Below, in pieces: positions 10,338-19,264 of a DNA stretch of 64,000 bases (the first letter of the stretch is position 1; every line of letters starts with the position of its first letter). The DNA comes from an uncultured Caulobacter sp. GTDB lineage: Bacteria > Pseudomonadota > Alphaproteobacteria > Caulobacterales > Caulobacteraceae. A model generated the notes under the pieces. It was not told the DNA's origin and did not search any database. It saw nothing but the letters and a program-made list of their open reading frames with translations. Location of the stretch: the NCBI GenBank assembly GCA_966252285.1, contig CBINOL010000009.1, forward strand, positions 743-64,742, in the 5' to 3' direction. A program made the translations under genes and the position numbers.

Positions 10338-12877
10338 GTAAGGCCTGCCGGGAAGAGGCGGGTGACGCCGAGCCCGACGAGGCCCTGGCCGGCGGTGTAG
10401 GCCAGGAACAGGCCGACCAGTTCGATTGTCGCGGGCCTGTCCGGGCCGACATAGCCGTAGAGCCGTCGCAGCAGCACATAGAGCGCCATGATCGCCGCGA
10501 CGGCGACGAAGAAGCCCTGCCAGGCCAGGATGGCGTGGACGATCGCGCCCTGGGCGCTGGCCTGGGGCGACAGCCCGGTCAAGCGCCAGGACGACAGGTC
10601 GACGCCGAAGGCCAGCGCCAGCAGGGCGCCCCCGACCAGGACCATGGCGGTGGCCAGCCACGGACGCGCGAGCTGGCGTCTGGCCAGCAGGGCCAGGGCG
10701 CCGCCGGCCGCCGCCGATAGGGTCGCAATGACCAGCGAGGCGGTGTCGGGCGGCGGTCGCCAGGCGTCAGGATTGCGGCTCCACAGGAAGACGTAGGAGA
10801 ACACCGACATGGCCAGCACCATGCCGCCGACGACCAGGGTCACGACCATGGCCCACCAGCCGGTGCTCGACGGTCCGCTGGCGTAGGTCGGCAGCTCGAT
10901 TCCGGCGCCGACGTCGACCGTCTGCTGCGGCAGAGGATGGTCGAGGAACCAGCACCAGCGCAGCACGCAGAGGATGGCCAGAACACCGCTCAGCACCGAG
11001 GCGGCGTAGGCCTGCACGGTCAGCAGCAGAAAGAAGCCGGCGGTGAACACCGCCGCCCAGACATGCCAGCCCGAGGGGACGGGCATTCGCAGCAGATGCT
11101 GCGGCTCGGCGTTGACCGGGCTGGTCACCAGGGTCTCGCGGCCGCCGGTGGGCGCGCCGGGCAGGAAATAGCGTCCGGCGGCGACGTCGCGGGCGAGGTT
11201 CTTCTGGTCCCAGAGTGGATAGAGCGACGTCACCACCGGGATGCTGCGGGTGGAGTAGAGCCCCGCCGGCAGCCATTCCAGTCCGCCGCCCTCGTAGACG
11301 TTGCCCGCCTCGCTGGCGCCGAACGGGCGAAAATTGCGGACCATGTCGATCACCCAGATCAGCACGCCGGCGGCGAAGACGAAGGCGCCAATGCTGGAGA
11401 TGAGGTTCGGCCACTCCCAGTCGCGGCCGGCGGCATAGGTGTAGACGCGCCTGGGCATGCCCATCAGGCCGGTCAGGTGCATGGGCAGGAAGGCCAAGTG
11501 CATGCCGGCGAACATCAGCCAGAACGTCCAGCGGCCCAGCCGCTCGCTCAAGGGGCGGGCCGAAACCATCGGCGTCCAGTAGTAAATCGCCGCGAACAGC
11601 GGAAAGACCATCCCGCCGATCAGCACGTAGTGCAGGTGGGCGACGATGAAGTAGGTGTCGTGGGCCTGCCAGTCGAAGGGGACCATGGCCGCCATCACGC
11701 CCGTCAGCCCGCCCATGACGAAGATCAGCAGCGAGCCCAGCACGAAGAGCCCCGGCGCGTTGAACTTCATCCGGCCCGAGGCGACCGTGGCGATCCAGGA
11801 AAAGACCTGCACGCCCGCCGGCAAGCTGACGGCCATCGAAGCGGCCGAGAACATCCCGACCGACACGCCCGGCAGGCCGGTGGTGAACATATGGTGGGCC
11901 CAGACCCCGAAACTGATGAAGCCCGTGGCCAGGAAGGCCAGCACCACCAGCCAGTGACCGATCAGCGGCGTGCGCGCCACGGCCGGCACGATGGTCGACA
12001 TCGCGCCCGCCGCCGGCAGGAAGATGATGTAGACCTCGGGGTGGCCGAAGAACCAGAAGAGGTGCTGCCACAGCATCGGGTCGCCGCCGCGCGCGGCGTC
12101 GAAGAACGGCCAGCCCAGGGCGCGCTCCAGCTCCAGCAGGGTGGTGGCCAGGATCACCGACGGGAAGGCGATGATGATCATGCCGGCGAACACCAGCATG
12201 GCCCAGGCGAACACCGGCAGCTTGTCCAGCGTCATGCCGGGCGCGCGGGTCTTGAGCACGCCGACGATGATCTCGATGGCCCCGGCGATGGCCGAGATCT
12301 CGATGAAGCCTATGCCCAGCAGCCAGAAGTCGGCGTTGATGCCCGGCGAATAGGTGGTCGAGGTCAGCGGCGGATACATGAACCAGCCGCCGTTCGGCGC
12401 CAGGCCGAAGAACAGCGAGCAGAAGAAGGCCAGACCGCCGATCAGATAGGCCCAGAAGGCGTAGGCCGACAGGCGCGGAAAGGGCAGGTCGCGCGCGCCC
12501 AGCATCTGCGGCAGCAGCAGCACCCCCAGCGCCTCGACCGCCGGCACCGCGAACAGGAACATCATCACCGTGCCATGCATGGTGAAGATCTGGTTGTAGG
12601 TTTCCTGCGCCAGCACGCCCTGCATCGGCAGCGCCAGCTGCGTGCGCATCAGGAGCGCCAGCACCCCGGCCAGCACGAAGAACAGCATGGCCGCGCCGAC
12701 GTAGTAGACGCCGACATAGTTGTTGTTGATGACGGTGATCCACTCCCACCGCCGGGGCGCGCACCAGATCGCCTCCAACTGCTCAAGCTCGCCCTTCGGC
12801 CGCCGTCCCTTGGTCGGAAAGCGCTCGTAGAGGGCGGTGTCGAAGCCGGTCTCCGACGGCGTGGGAGGTCCGCTCAC
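10334..12877 (-). CDS. ctaD: Heme-copper oxidase subunit I (A-family, GHPEVY) fused to a C-terminal subunit III-like region; proton-channel residues atypical
   Basis: Metal ligands intact (HGTVMMF, GHPEVY, WAHHM, HDTY, AHLHY, MPRR); 847 aa with extra C-terminal TM helices. Confidence 0.95.
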   Translation of the reverse strand: MSGPPTPSETGFDTALYERFPTKGRRPKGELEQLEAIWCAPRRWEWITVINNNYVGVYYVGAAMLFFVLAGVLALLMRTQLALPMQGVLAQETYNQIFTMHGTVMMFLFAVPAVEALGVLLLPQMLGARDLPFPRLSAYAFWAYLIGGLAFFCSLFFGLAPNGGWFMYPPLTSTTYSPGINADFWLLGIGFIEISAIAGAIEIIVGVLKTRAPGMTLDKLPVFAWAMLVFAGMIIIAFPSVILATTLLELERALGWPFFDAARGGDPMLWQHLFWFFGHPEVYIIFLPAAGAMSTIVPAVARTPLIGHWLVVLAFLATGFISFGVWAHHMFTTGLPGVSVGMFSAASMAVSLPAGVQVFSWIATVASGRMKFNAPGLFVLGSLLIFVMGGLTGVMAAMVPFDWQAHDTYFIVAHLHYVLIGGMVFPLFAAIYYWTPMVSARPLSERLGRWTFWLMFAGMHLAFLPMHLTGLMGMPRRVYTYAAGRDWEWPNLISSIGAFVFAAGVLIWVIDMVRNFRPFGASEAGNVYEGGGLEWLPAGLYSTRSIPVVTSLYPLWDQKNLARDVAAGRYFLPGAPTGGRETLVTSPVNAEPQHLLRMPVPSGWHVWAAVFTAGFFLLLTVQAYAASVLSGVLAILCVLRWCWFLDHPLPQQTVDVGAGIELPTYASGPSSTGWWAMVVTLVVGGMVLAMSVFSYVFLWSRNPDAWRPPPDTASLVIATLSAAAGGALALLARRQLARPWLATAMVLVGGALLALAFGVDLSSWRLTGLSPQASAQGAIVHAILAWQGFFVAVAAIMALYVLLRRLYGYVGPDRPATIELVGLFLAYTAGQGLVGLGVTRLFPAGLT

Positions 12878-13839
12878 TTCAGGCTCTCCAGGTAGGCGGA
12901 GACGTCGCGCAGTTCCTTCCCCGTCAGTACTGGATAGGCCGGCATCCGGTTGCCGGGCTTGATCGCCTGGCTGTCGCCGATCCAGCCGGCCAGGGTTCCC
13001 TGGTTGTTGGGCAGGACGCCGGCGCCCAGGGTGCGGCGGGAGCCGACATGGGTCAGGTCCGGGCCCGCCAGGCCGTTGGCGTCGGTTCCCCGAATGGCGT
13101 GGCAGGCGCCGCAGCCGGCGCGGTCAAACACCGCCTTGCCGGCGGCATGGGCCGGCGAAGCGACGGCAGGCGTGGCTTGGCTGGCTCTCCAGACCTCGTA
13201 GTCCGCCGGCGCGTGGGCGACTACGATCAGGGCCATCAGGGCGTGCGGGCCGCCGCAGAACTCAGCGCACTGGGCGCCGTACTCGCCGGGCTGGTCAGCC
13301 TGGATGCGCAGGATGTTGCGGCGGCCAGGGATCATGTCGAGCTTGCCGTTCAGCCGCGGGATCCAGAGGCTATGGATGACGTCCGTCGACTCCAGTTCCA
13401 GCGCCACGGGCCGACCGGCGGGGATATGGATCTCGTTGGCGTCCTGGAAGGCCTCGCGGCCGGCCGCGTCGAGATAGCCGACCCGCCACCACCACATCTC
13501 GCCGGTGACGCGAACGCGCAGTTCTCCGGGGCGGGGCGGCTCGCTGAGGCGATGGGTCAGCGAAAGGCCCCAGATCAGCAGGGCGCTCAACACCACGACG
13601 GGAAAGGCGATCCCGGCGATCCAGACGAGACGCTCGCCGCCCACGCGCTTGCGCCAGGCCCGTGGTGCGAAGAGCGCGAGGGCCAAGGCGATGACCACGA
13701 TCGCCAGCACGGCGGCGGTCATGGCCAGCAGGCCCCAGGTCAGGCTGTTCAACGGCGCGGCGAACGGTCCGGCTGGATCCAGCGCCGGCGGCGGCCAGCC
13801 CTTCAGGCTCTCGTGAGCGGGCGGCGCGTCAGTCTGCAT
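12874..13839 (-). CDS. ctaC: Cytochrome c oxidase subunit II with C-terminal cytochrome c (caa3-like)
   Basis: CuA ligands DVIHSLW and CAEFCGGPHALM; heme c CGACH; start taken at MQTDAPP. Confidence 0.93.
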   Translation of the reverse strand: MQTDAPPAHESLKGWPPPALDPAGPFAAPLNSLTWGLLAMTAAVLAIVVIALALALFAPRAWRKRVGGERLVWIAGIAFPVVVLSALLIWGLSLTHRLSEPPRPGELRVRVTGEMWWWRVGYLDAAGREAFQDANEIHIPAGRPVALELESTDVIHSLWIPRLNGKLDMIPGRRNILRIQADQPGEYGAQCAEFCGGPHALMALIVVAHAPADYEVWRASQATPAVASPAHAAGKAVFDRAGCGACHAIRGTDANGLAGPDLTHVGSRRTLGAGVLPNNQGTLAGWIGDSQAIKPGNRMPAYPVLTGKELRDVSAYLESLK

Positions 13840-14218
13840 CGAGCGAATAGAGATAGGCCGCAACGTCGCGGGCTTGTTCTTCCGTCAGGCCAGAGGCGGG
13901 CATGGCGGTGTCTGGAGCCATGGCCGGCGCATCTCGAAGCCAGGCGACCATGACGTCCGGACGGTTGGGGTAGCGCCCGGCGATCATCGCCTGGGCCTGC
14001 AGGTTGTCCAGCGACCCGCCGACCGCGCCGCGTGGCCACTGTACGCCGGGAATATGATGGCACGCGCCGCAACCCTCGGCTTCAATCAGTCGCAGGCCTT
14101 CGGTGGGATTGGCGCCTGACATCTGGTGTGAGGAAACGGCTTTGTCCGCGCAGGCGACCAGCGTCGCGCCGGCCAGGCCGATCATCGCCGCGCTCGCTGT
14201 CCTGGTTCCACCGATCAC
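13829..14218 (-). CDS. Mono-heme c-type cytochrome, probable lipoprotein
   Basis: CGACH, distal Met in DTAMP, LVAC lipobox-like; GTG at 14218 preferred over TTG at 14248, which overlaps the promoter motif. Confidence 0.85.
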   Translation of the reverse strand: MIGGTRTASAAMIGLAGATLVACADKAVSSHQMSGANPTEGLRLIEAEGCGACHHIPGVQWPRGAVGGSLDNLQAQAMIAGRYPNRPDVMVAWLRDAPAMAPDTAMPASGLTEEQARDVAAYLYSLDAD

Positions 14219-14246
14219 CAAGGCCCCTTCGAAAACCCGAAGGCTC

Positions 14247-14279
14247 AACCCGTCGGAACGGTCGCGGTTCCGCAGGGTT
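14247..14279. promoter_or_regulatory. Interlocked divergent sigmaT/EcfG-type promoters, GGAAC-N16-GGTT on each strand
   Basis: Plus strand: GGAAC 14255-59, GGTT 14276-79. Minus strand: GGAAC 14271-67, GGTT 14250-47. Confidence 0.6.
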
Positions 14280-14287
14280 TACGCCAA

Positions 14288-15022
14288 GTGCGCAGCTCCG
14301 CCTTCTTCCTTGCCGTTGCCCTCGCCGCGCTCAGCGCCTGCGACCGCGCGCCGCCCCGGACCGACGCCCTGCTGAGCGTCGACGGGCGGACCATCGCCAT
14401 GAGCGGCGGCGCCGGCGGAGCAGCTCATGCCTGCTTCTCCTGCCACGGCCTCGACGGCATGGGCGACGGCGTATCGGTCCCCCGCCTGGCCGGTCTCGAC
14501 GCCGGCTATCTGCAGAAGCAGATGGAGGACTACGCCTCGGGCATCCGGCCCGACAAGGTGATGGGGCCGGTCGCCAAGCCGCTCGACGACAGGGCTCGCC
14601 GCGCCGTTGCGATCTACTATTCAAGCCTGCCGACGGCGAGCGGCGGCATATCCGGCGGACCGCCGCCAGCGCTCTGGACGAAAGGCGACCCAATGCGTGG
14701 TCTCGCGCCCTGCGCCGCCTGCCATGGAACTGAGGGCCAAGGCGTCGGCGCGGGCCAGCCGGCCGTGGCCGAGCAACCCGCGGCCTATACCGTCGAACAG
14801 TTTAGTCGCTGGAGGCGCGCGGTGCGCCGCAACGATCCTCGCGGGGTGATGACCATGATCGCGAGCAGGCTCAGCGAGGCCGAAGTCGCCGCCTTAGCGG
14901 GCTGGCTAGAGACGCGACCCTCTTCTCCAGCGCCCGCCAGCGGCGCTGCCAGCGCGTCCGCCGTCGAGGCCGCTGCGGCAGGATCGGCAGCATCCCGTGA
15001 AGGACGTCGTCGCGATCGATGA
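14288..15022 (+). CDS. Di-heme cytochrome c4/c553-like lipoprotein
   Basis: CFSCH and CAACH, PRLAG..YL.KQ..DY motif, LSAC lipobox. Confidence 0.9.
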   Translation: MRSSAFFLAVALAALSACDRAPPRTDALLSVDGRTIAMSGGAGGAAHACFSCHGLDGMGDGVSVPRLAGLDAGYLQKQMEDYASGIRPDKVMGPVAKPLDDRARRAVAIYYSSLPTASGGISGGPPPALWTKGDPMRGLAPCAACHGTEGQGVGAGQPAVAEQPAAYTVEQFSRWRRAVRRNDPRGVMTMIASRLSEAEVAALAGWLETRPSSPAPASGAASASAVEAAAAGSAASREGRRRDR

Positions 15023-15581
15023 GATGGTGCTTCAGCGCCGCGCCGACATGGATAGGGATCATGGCGACAAGGCTGAGCGCCAGGCCCCAGTGCAGCCACT
15101 CGGCGACGGCCTCGATCCTCCAGAGCGTCGCGTGCGAGAGCTCCCCCAGCGGCAGCAGCGGCCAGGGCGTCAGGTTCAGCAGGGTCAGCTCGGTGTCGCG
15201 GCTGGTCGCCGAGACGATGGCCCAGCCGCTCAACGGCAGGCCGAACAGGCAGGTGTAGAAGACGTAGTGGGTGACGTGGGCGGCCGTGCTCTCCCACCCC
15301 GGTTTGTCGGCGTCGTTGATGACGGCCGGGGCGAACAGCCGCCAGCCGACACGACCCAGCACCAACACGAGCATCAGCACGCCGATCAGGTAGTGCAGTT
15401 CGTAAGCCGCCTGCATCTGGGCGCCGGGTGCGGCGCGGCCCATCCACCAACCCCAGCCGAGCTGAAAGGCCACGAGCCCGGCCATGGTCCAGTGAAAGAC
15501 AATGGCCACCGGCGAATAGCGTCCCTGGTCGGCATGGCCGGCGGCCCATTCGAAGATGTTTTCGATCAAGCGGTCGATCAT
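14871..15581 (-). CDS. Cytochrome b561/YceJ-like membrane cytochrome b
   Basis: RYSPVAIVFHW, HYLIG, HVTHY...LPLSGW and LH...IHVGAALKHH motifs. Confidence 0.9.
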   Translation of the reverse strand: MIDRLIENIFEWAAGHADQGRYSPVAIVFHWTMAGLVAFQLGWGWWMGRAAPGAQMQAAYELHYLIGVLMLVLVLGRVGWRLFAPAVINDADKPGWESTAAHVTHYVFYTCLFGLPLSGWAIVSATSRDTELTLLNLTPWPLLPLGELSHATLWRIEAVAEWLHWGLALSLVAMIPIHVGAALKHHLIDRDDVLHGMLPILPQRPRRRTRWQRRWRALEKRVASLASPLRRRLRPR

Positions 15582-16297
15582 CGGGCCGCAAAGCCCGAGG
15601 CGCTACGCAGGCGCCGGCCGAGCAGGGCGAGCGCCGCGGCAAGGTAGACGCCGGCTGCGGGGATCCACATGACGAGGCCCGCCAGTTGCTGATCGTCGAG
15701 CTGCGACAGGCCCCAGGGCGCAGTCGTCAGGGCGTGCGGCGCATAAAGCGCGCGCGGCATGAAGGTCAGCAGGGCGCCCAGCAGGCCCATCTGCACGGTG
15801 GTCGCCAGCAGGGCGGCGACGGCGGCCGGCGCCGGAGCGGCTCGCACCGCGCGCCAGAACATCATCGCCGACGCGAGCATGCTGGCTTGCATCAGCCAGT
15901 AGACGCCCTGGCTCGACAGCGCCGCCTCGTAGAGCGCCGGAACGTGCCACAGCCAGAAGGCCCCGGCGAAGACCAGTGTCGCGGCTGGGAGGCTCCTTGA
16001 GGCGCGGGGGCGGGGCAGCGCCCAGACCATCAAGGGCGCGGCGAGGCTGGTCAGTAGCACGTGGTGCGCGGTGCGGGCCGAGAACAGCGCCGAACTGAGG
16101 GCGCAGAGGGGCGATACGAAGCTGACCAGGAACACCGCTACGGCTGCGAAGGCCAAGCCCCGCCTGGTCGGACCCGCGAGCCAAAGCCACGCGGACGTCA
16201 ACACCAGCGCGCCGAGCAGCAGCGGGTCGAGGTTCCACCGGCTCCAGATCTCGCCCGGCGAGGGGCTGGCGCCGCAGTAGGGCGTCCAGGGCTCCAT
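15578..16297 (-). CDS. Caa3-type cytochrome c oxidase assembly factor (CtaG-like)
   Basis: SPLCALSSALFSARTAHH, WLWHVP and DQQLAGLVMWIP motifs. Confidence 0.85.
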   Translation of the reverse strand: MEPWTPYCGASPSPGEIWSRWNLDPLLLGALVLTSAWLWLAGPTRRGLAFAAVAVFLVSFVSPLCALSSALFSARTAHHVLLTSLAAPLMVWALPRPRASRSLPAATLVFAGAFWLWHVPALYEAALSSQGVYWLMQASMLASAMMFWRAVRAAPAPAAVAALLATTVQMGLLGALLTFMPRALYAPHALTTAPWGLSQLDDQQLAGLVMWIPAAGVYLAAALALLGRRLRSASGFAAR

Positions 16298-16300
16298 GGC

Positions 16301-18649
16301 TCAGCCTTTCGGCAGGGCGTAGGCGATCAGGTAGTCGCCCTCGGGCGTCTCCATGAAGTGATGCCCGCCGGCCATGATCACCACGTACTGGCGGCCGTCC
16401 TGCTCATAGACCATCGGATTGGCCTGGCCGCCGGCCGGCAGCACGTCGCTCCACACGGTCTTGCCGGTCTCGATGTCGATGGCGCGGAAGAGGTTGTCGG
16501 TCGCCGCGGCGATGAAGACCAGGCCGCCAGCCGTCACCGCCGAGCCGCCGTTGTTTGGCGTGCCGATGTCGACCGGCAGCATCGAGGGTATGCCGAAGGG
16601 GCCGTTGCGCCGCGCCGTGCCGAACGGACGATCCCAGAGGGTGGCGCCGCTCTTCAGGTCGATGGCGCGGATGCCGCCGTAGGGCGGGCGCTTGCACAGC
16701 ATGCCCGTGCCCGGCATCCGCCAGCCGGCGTTGACATCGATGGCGTACGGAACGCCTGTCTGCGGATCGCCCGCGCCCTCGGCCCCGCCGGCCTTGGTCT
16801 TTTCGCGCGGATCGCCGCGCGGGAACCAGCCCTTGGCGTCCGCCACGGCGCGCGGCACCAGCTGGTTGTAGTTGGGCATGTCGTTGTAGTTGGCGACGAT
16901 CACGCCACGGCGCGGGTCCAGCGCGATCCCGCCCCAGTCCGAGCCGCCGTTGTAGCCGGGATACTGGATCCAGCGGGCCTTGGCTTCGGGCGGGGTGTAG
17001 GGGCCGTTGTAGATCGCGCGCTTGAACTGGATGCGGCAGATCATCTGGTCGATCGGCGACATGCCCCACATGTCCTTCTCGGTCAGACGGGGCTTGGCCA
17101 GGCTGTGATAGAGCGAGAACGGCTGGGTCTTGGCTCGCTCGGCCGGCTCGACACCGCCGCCGGGAACGGCGCGCTCCTCGACACCCGTCAGCGGTCGGCC
17201 GGTGCGCCGGTCGAGGATGTAGATCTCGCCCTGCTTGCTGGGCAGGATGATCGCCGGCACGCGGCCGCCCGCCGTGGGGAAGTCGACCAGCGTGCCCTGC
17301 GAGCCCAGGTCGTAGTCCCAGACGTCGTTGTGGGCGGTCTGGAACTTCCAGCGCGGCTTGCCGGTGGCCACGTCCAGGGCGACAAGGGCCGAGGACCATT
17401 CCTTCTCCGCCGGACGGCGCAGCGAGCTGTAGTAGTCGGCGGCCGAATTGCCCATGGGCAGGTAGACGAGGCCCAGGGCGTCGTCGCCGGTGGCGGTGGT
17501 CCACATATTCGGCGTGCCGGGCGTGTAGGTGCGGCCCTGAGGCGGCAGACCTGTGATGTCGGGCGCCATCATGTCCCAGGCAAAGCGCATCTGGCCGGTG
17601 ACGGCGTCATAGCCCTGGATGACGCCCGACGGCGCCCAGCGCTTCTGGCCGTCCAGCACCTGGTGGCCGGTGACGATGATCCCGCGCACGATGGTCGGCG
17701 CAGACGTGATCGACACCATGCCGGGCACGACTTGGCCCATGCCGATCTTGATGTCGACCTGGCCGCCCTGGCCAAAGTCCGCGCAGGGCTTTCCGTTGCG
17801 GGCGTCGACGGCGATCAGCCGGCCGTCCAGCGTGCCCTCGATGATCCGAGCGGCGCAGGCGGCGTCGGGCGCGGCGCCAGGTTGGACGAAGTAAGTCACG
17901 CCCCGGCAGGCGGCGGTGTAGGGGATGGCGTCTTTCGAGACCTTCGGGTCGTAGGCCCAACGCTGCTTGCCGTCGCGGGCATCCAGCGCGAACAGCTTGT
18001 TCATCGCCGAGCACAGATAGACGCTGTCGCCGATCTTCAGCGGGGTGGTCTCGGCGCCGAACTTCTCGGGCAGGTCGCCGGTGCGGAAGGTCCAGACGCG
18101 CTCCAGCTTGCCGACATTGGCCTTGGTGATCTGGGCGGCGGCCGAGAAGCGCTGGGCGTCGTGCGAGCCGCCATAGGCGATCCAGTCGGCGCCCATGGCA
18201 GCGCCGGGTCCGGCGAGCGCCGCAGGCAGCGGGTTGGCCGGCGTTGGCCGATTGTCCATCGCGACGATCGCGCCGCCTACGCCTACCAGCAGGACGAACG
18301 CGGCGAGACCGGCCAGCATCGGCTTGCTTCCCCGTCGCGTCAGCACCGGCAGCGACAGCACGACCAGCAGCAGGATCACCAGCGGCGCGACGAGACGCGG
18401 CACGAGCGCCCAGCCGTCGAGCCCCGTCTCCCAGAGCGCCCAGACCAGGGTCAGCGCAAAGACGACGACATAAACGACCACGCCTGCCGGCTTCAGCCTG
18501 GCGATCAGCACGCCGGCGATCAGCAGGCCAAGCCCGGCCAGGACGTAGTAGGGCGACCCGCCCAGGACGGCGAGCCAGGCGCCGCCGACGCCCAGCACCA
18601 GACCGATCACAACCAGGAGAGCGCCCAGCAGGCGAACCAATACCGACAT
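16301..18649 (-). CDS. Membrane-bound PQQ-dependent dehydrogenase (glucose/quinate/shikimate family)
   Basis: N-terminal TM helices, then ETTPLK, CRGV, W.FQTAH.D.WDYD and PAGGQANPM motifs. Confidence 0.95.
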   Translation of the reverse strand: MSVLVRLLGALLVVIGLVLGVGGAWLAVLGGSPYYVLAGLGLLIAGVLIARLKPAGVVVYVVVFALTLVWALWETGLDGWALVPRLVAPLVILLLVVLSLPVLTRRGSKPMLAGLAAFVLLVGVGGAIVAMDNRPTPANPLPAALAGPGAAMGADWIAYGGSHDAQRFSAAAQITKANVGKLERVWTFRTGDLPEKFGAETTPLKIGDSVYLCSAMNKLFALDARDGKQRWAYDPKVSKDAIPYTAACRGVTYFVQPGAAPDAACAARIIEGTLDGRLIAVDARNGKPCADFGQGGQVDIKIGMGQVVPGMVSITSAPTIVRGIIVTGHQVLDGQKRWAPSGVIQGYDAVTGQMRFAWDMMAPDITGLPPQGRTYTPGTPNMWTTATGDDALGLVYLPMGNSAADYYSSLRRPAEKEWSSALVALDVATGKPRWKFQTAHNDVWDYDLGSQGTLVDFPTAGGRVPAIILPSKQGEIYILDRRTGRPLTGVEERAVPGGGVEPAERAKTQPFSLYHSLAKPRLTEKDMWGMSPIDQMICRIQFKRAIYNGPYTPPEAKARWIQYPGYNGGSDWGGIALDPRRGVIVANYNDMPNYNQLVPRAVADAKGWFPRGDPREKTKAGGAEGAGDPQTGVPYAIDVNAGWRMPGTGMLCKRPPYGGIRAIDLKSGATLWDRPFGTARRNGPFGIPSMLPVDIGTPNNGGSAVTAGGLVFIAAATDNLFRAIDIETGKTVWSDVLPAGGQANPMVYEQDGRQYVVIMAGGHHFMETPEGDYLIAYALPKG

Positions 18650-18677
18650 CGAACTCTCCACCAACGCTTGGTGCGAC

Positions 18678-18740
18678 AACACCGGCGGGCGAGGGGGCGT
18701 TCCGTGGCGAGGCTCTGAACCTCGCGGCGCGTGGCGTGTT
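18678..18740. promoter_or_regulatory. Divergent pair of sigmaT/EcfG-type promoter motifs
   Basis: Minus strand GGAAC-N17-TGTT (18703-18678) faces the PQQ dehydrogenase; plus strand TGAAC-N16-TGTT (18716-18740) ends 8 nt before the 18749 ATG. Confidence 0.55.
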
Positions 18741-18748
18741 CAGCCGAC

Positions 18749-19231
18749 ATGACCAACACAGCCCTGATCCCCTCCGCCCTGATCGGCGCCGTCGCCAGCG
18801 CCCGGTCGATGACCCCGATGGCCACCATCGCCTCGGCCCGGCTGGCGGGTCGCTCGACACCCGGCAAGCTCGTCCTGCTCGACCATCCGCTGTTCAAGTT
18901 CGGCACCCTGGCCATGGGGATCGGCGAGCTGCTGGGCGACAAGATGAAGACCGCGCCCGATCGCACGGTCTTCCTGGGCCTGCTGGCCCGGATCGCCAGC
19001 GCCGGCATCGCCGGCGCGGCCCTGGCCCCGCGTGGCCGTGAGAAGGCCGGCGCGAGCGTGGCGATCGCGACCGCGGTGCCGCTGGCCTATCTGACGCTGG
19101 CGGGACGCAAGCGGGCGATGGCGAAGTTCGGCCAGACGCCCAGCGGTCTCGTCGAGGACGCCCTGGTCGTCGCCGCGGGCGTCGCGACCATCGCCTTCTT
19201 CACGCACCAGCAGTGGGGCGCCCGCGGCTGA
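18749..19231 (+). CDS. DUF4126-like membrane protein
   Basis: A.GELLGDK...PDR motif and GQTPSGLVEDAL; hydrophobic. Confidence 0.7.
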   Translation: MTNTALIPSALIGAVASARSMTPMATIASARLAGRSTPGKLVLLDHPLFKFGTLAMGIGELLGDKMKTAPDRTVFLGLLARIASAGIAGAALAPRGREKAGASVAIATAVPLAYLTLAGRKRAMAKFGQTPSGLVEDALVVAAGVATIAFFTHQQWGARG

Positions 19232-19264
19232 CGCGGCGCCCCTTCGTCGACGTCAGCGGCGGCG

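Noticed and set aside
16061-18718. Very long antisense ORFs (also 10937-12895, 20674-22599, 31018-33858, 34073-36034, 46449-49166)
   Set aside because: Shadow frames opposite well-supported genes; expected in high-GC DNA and lacking protein motifs.
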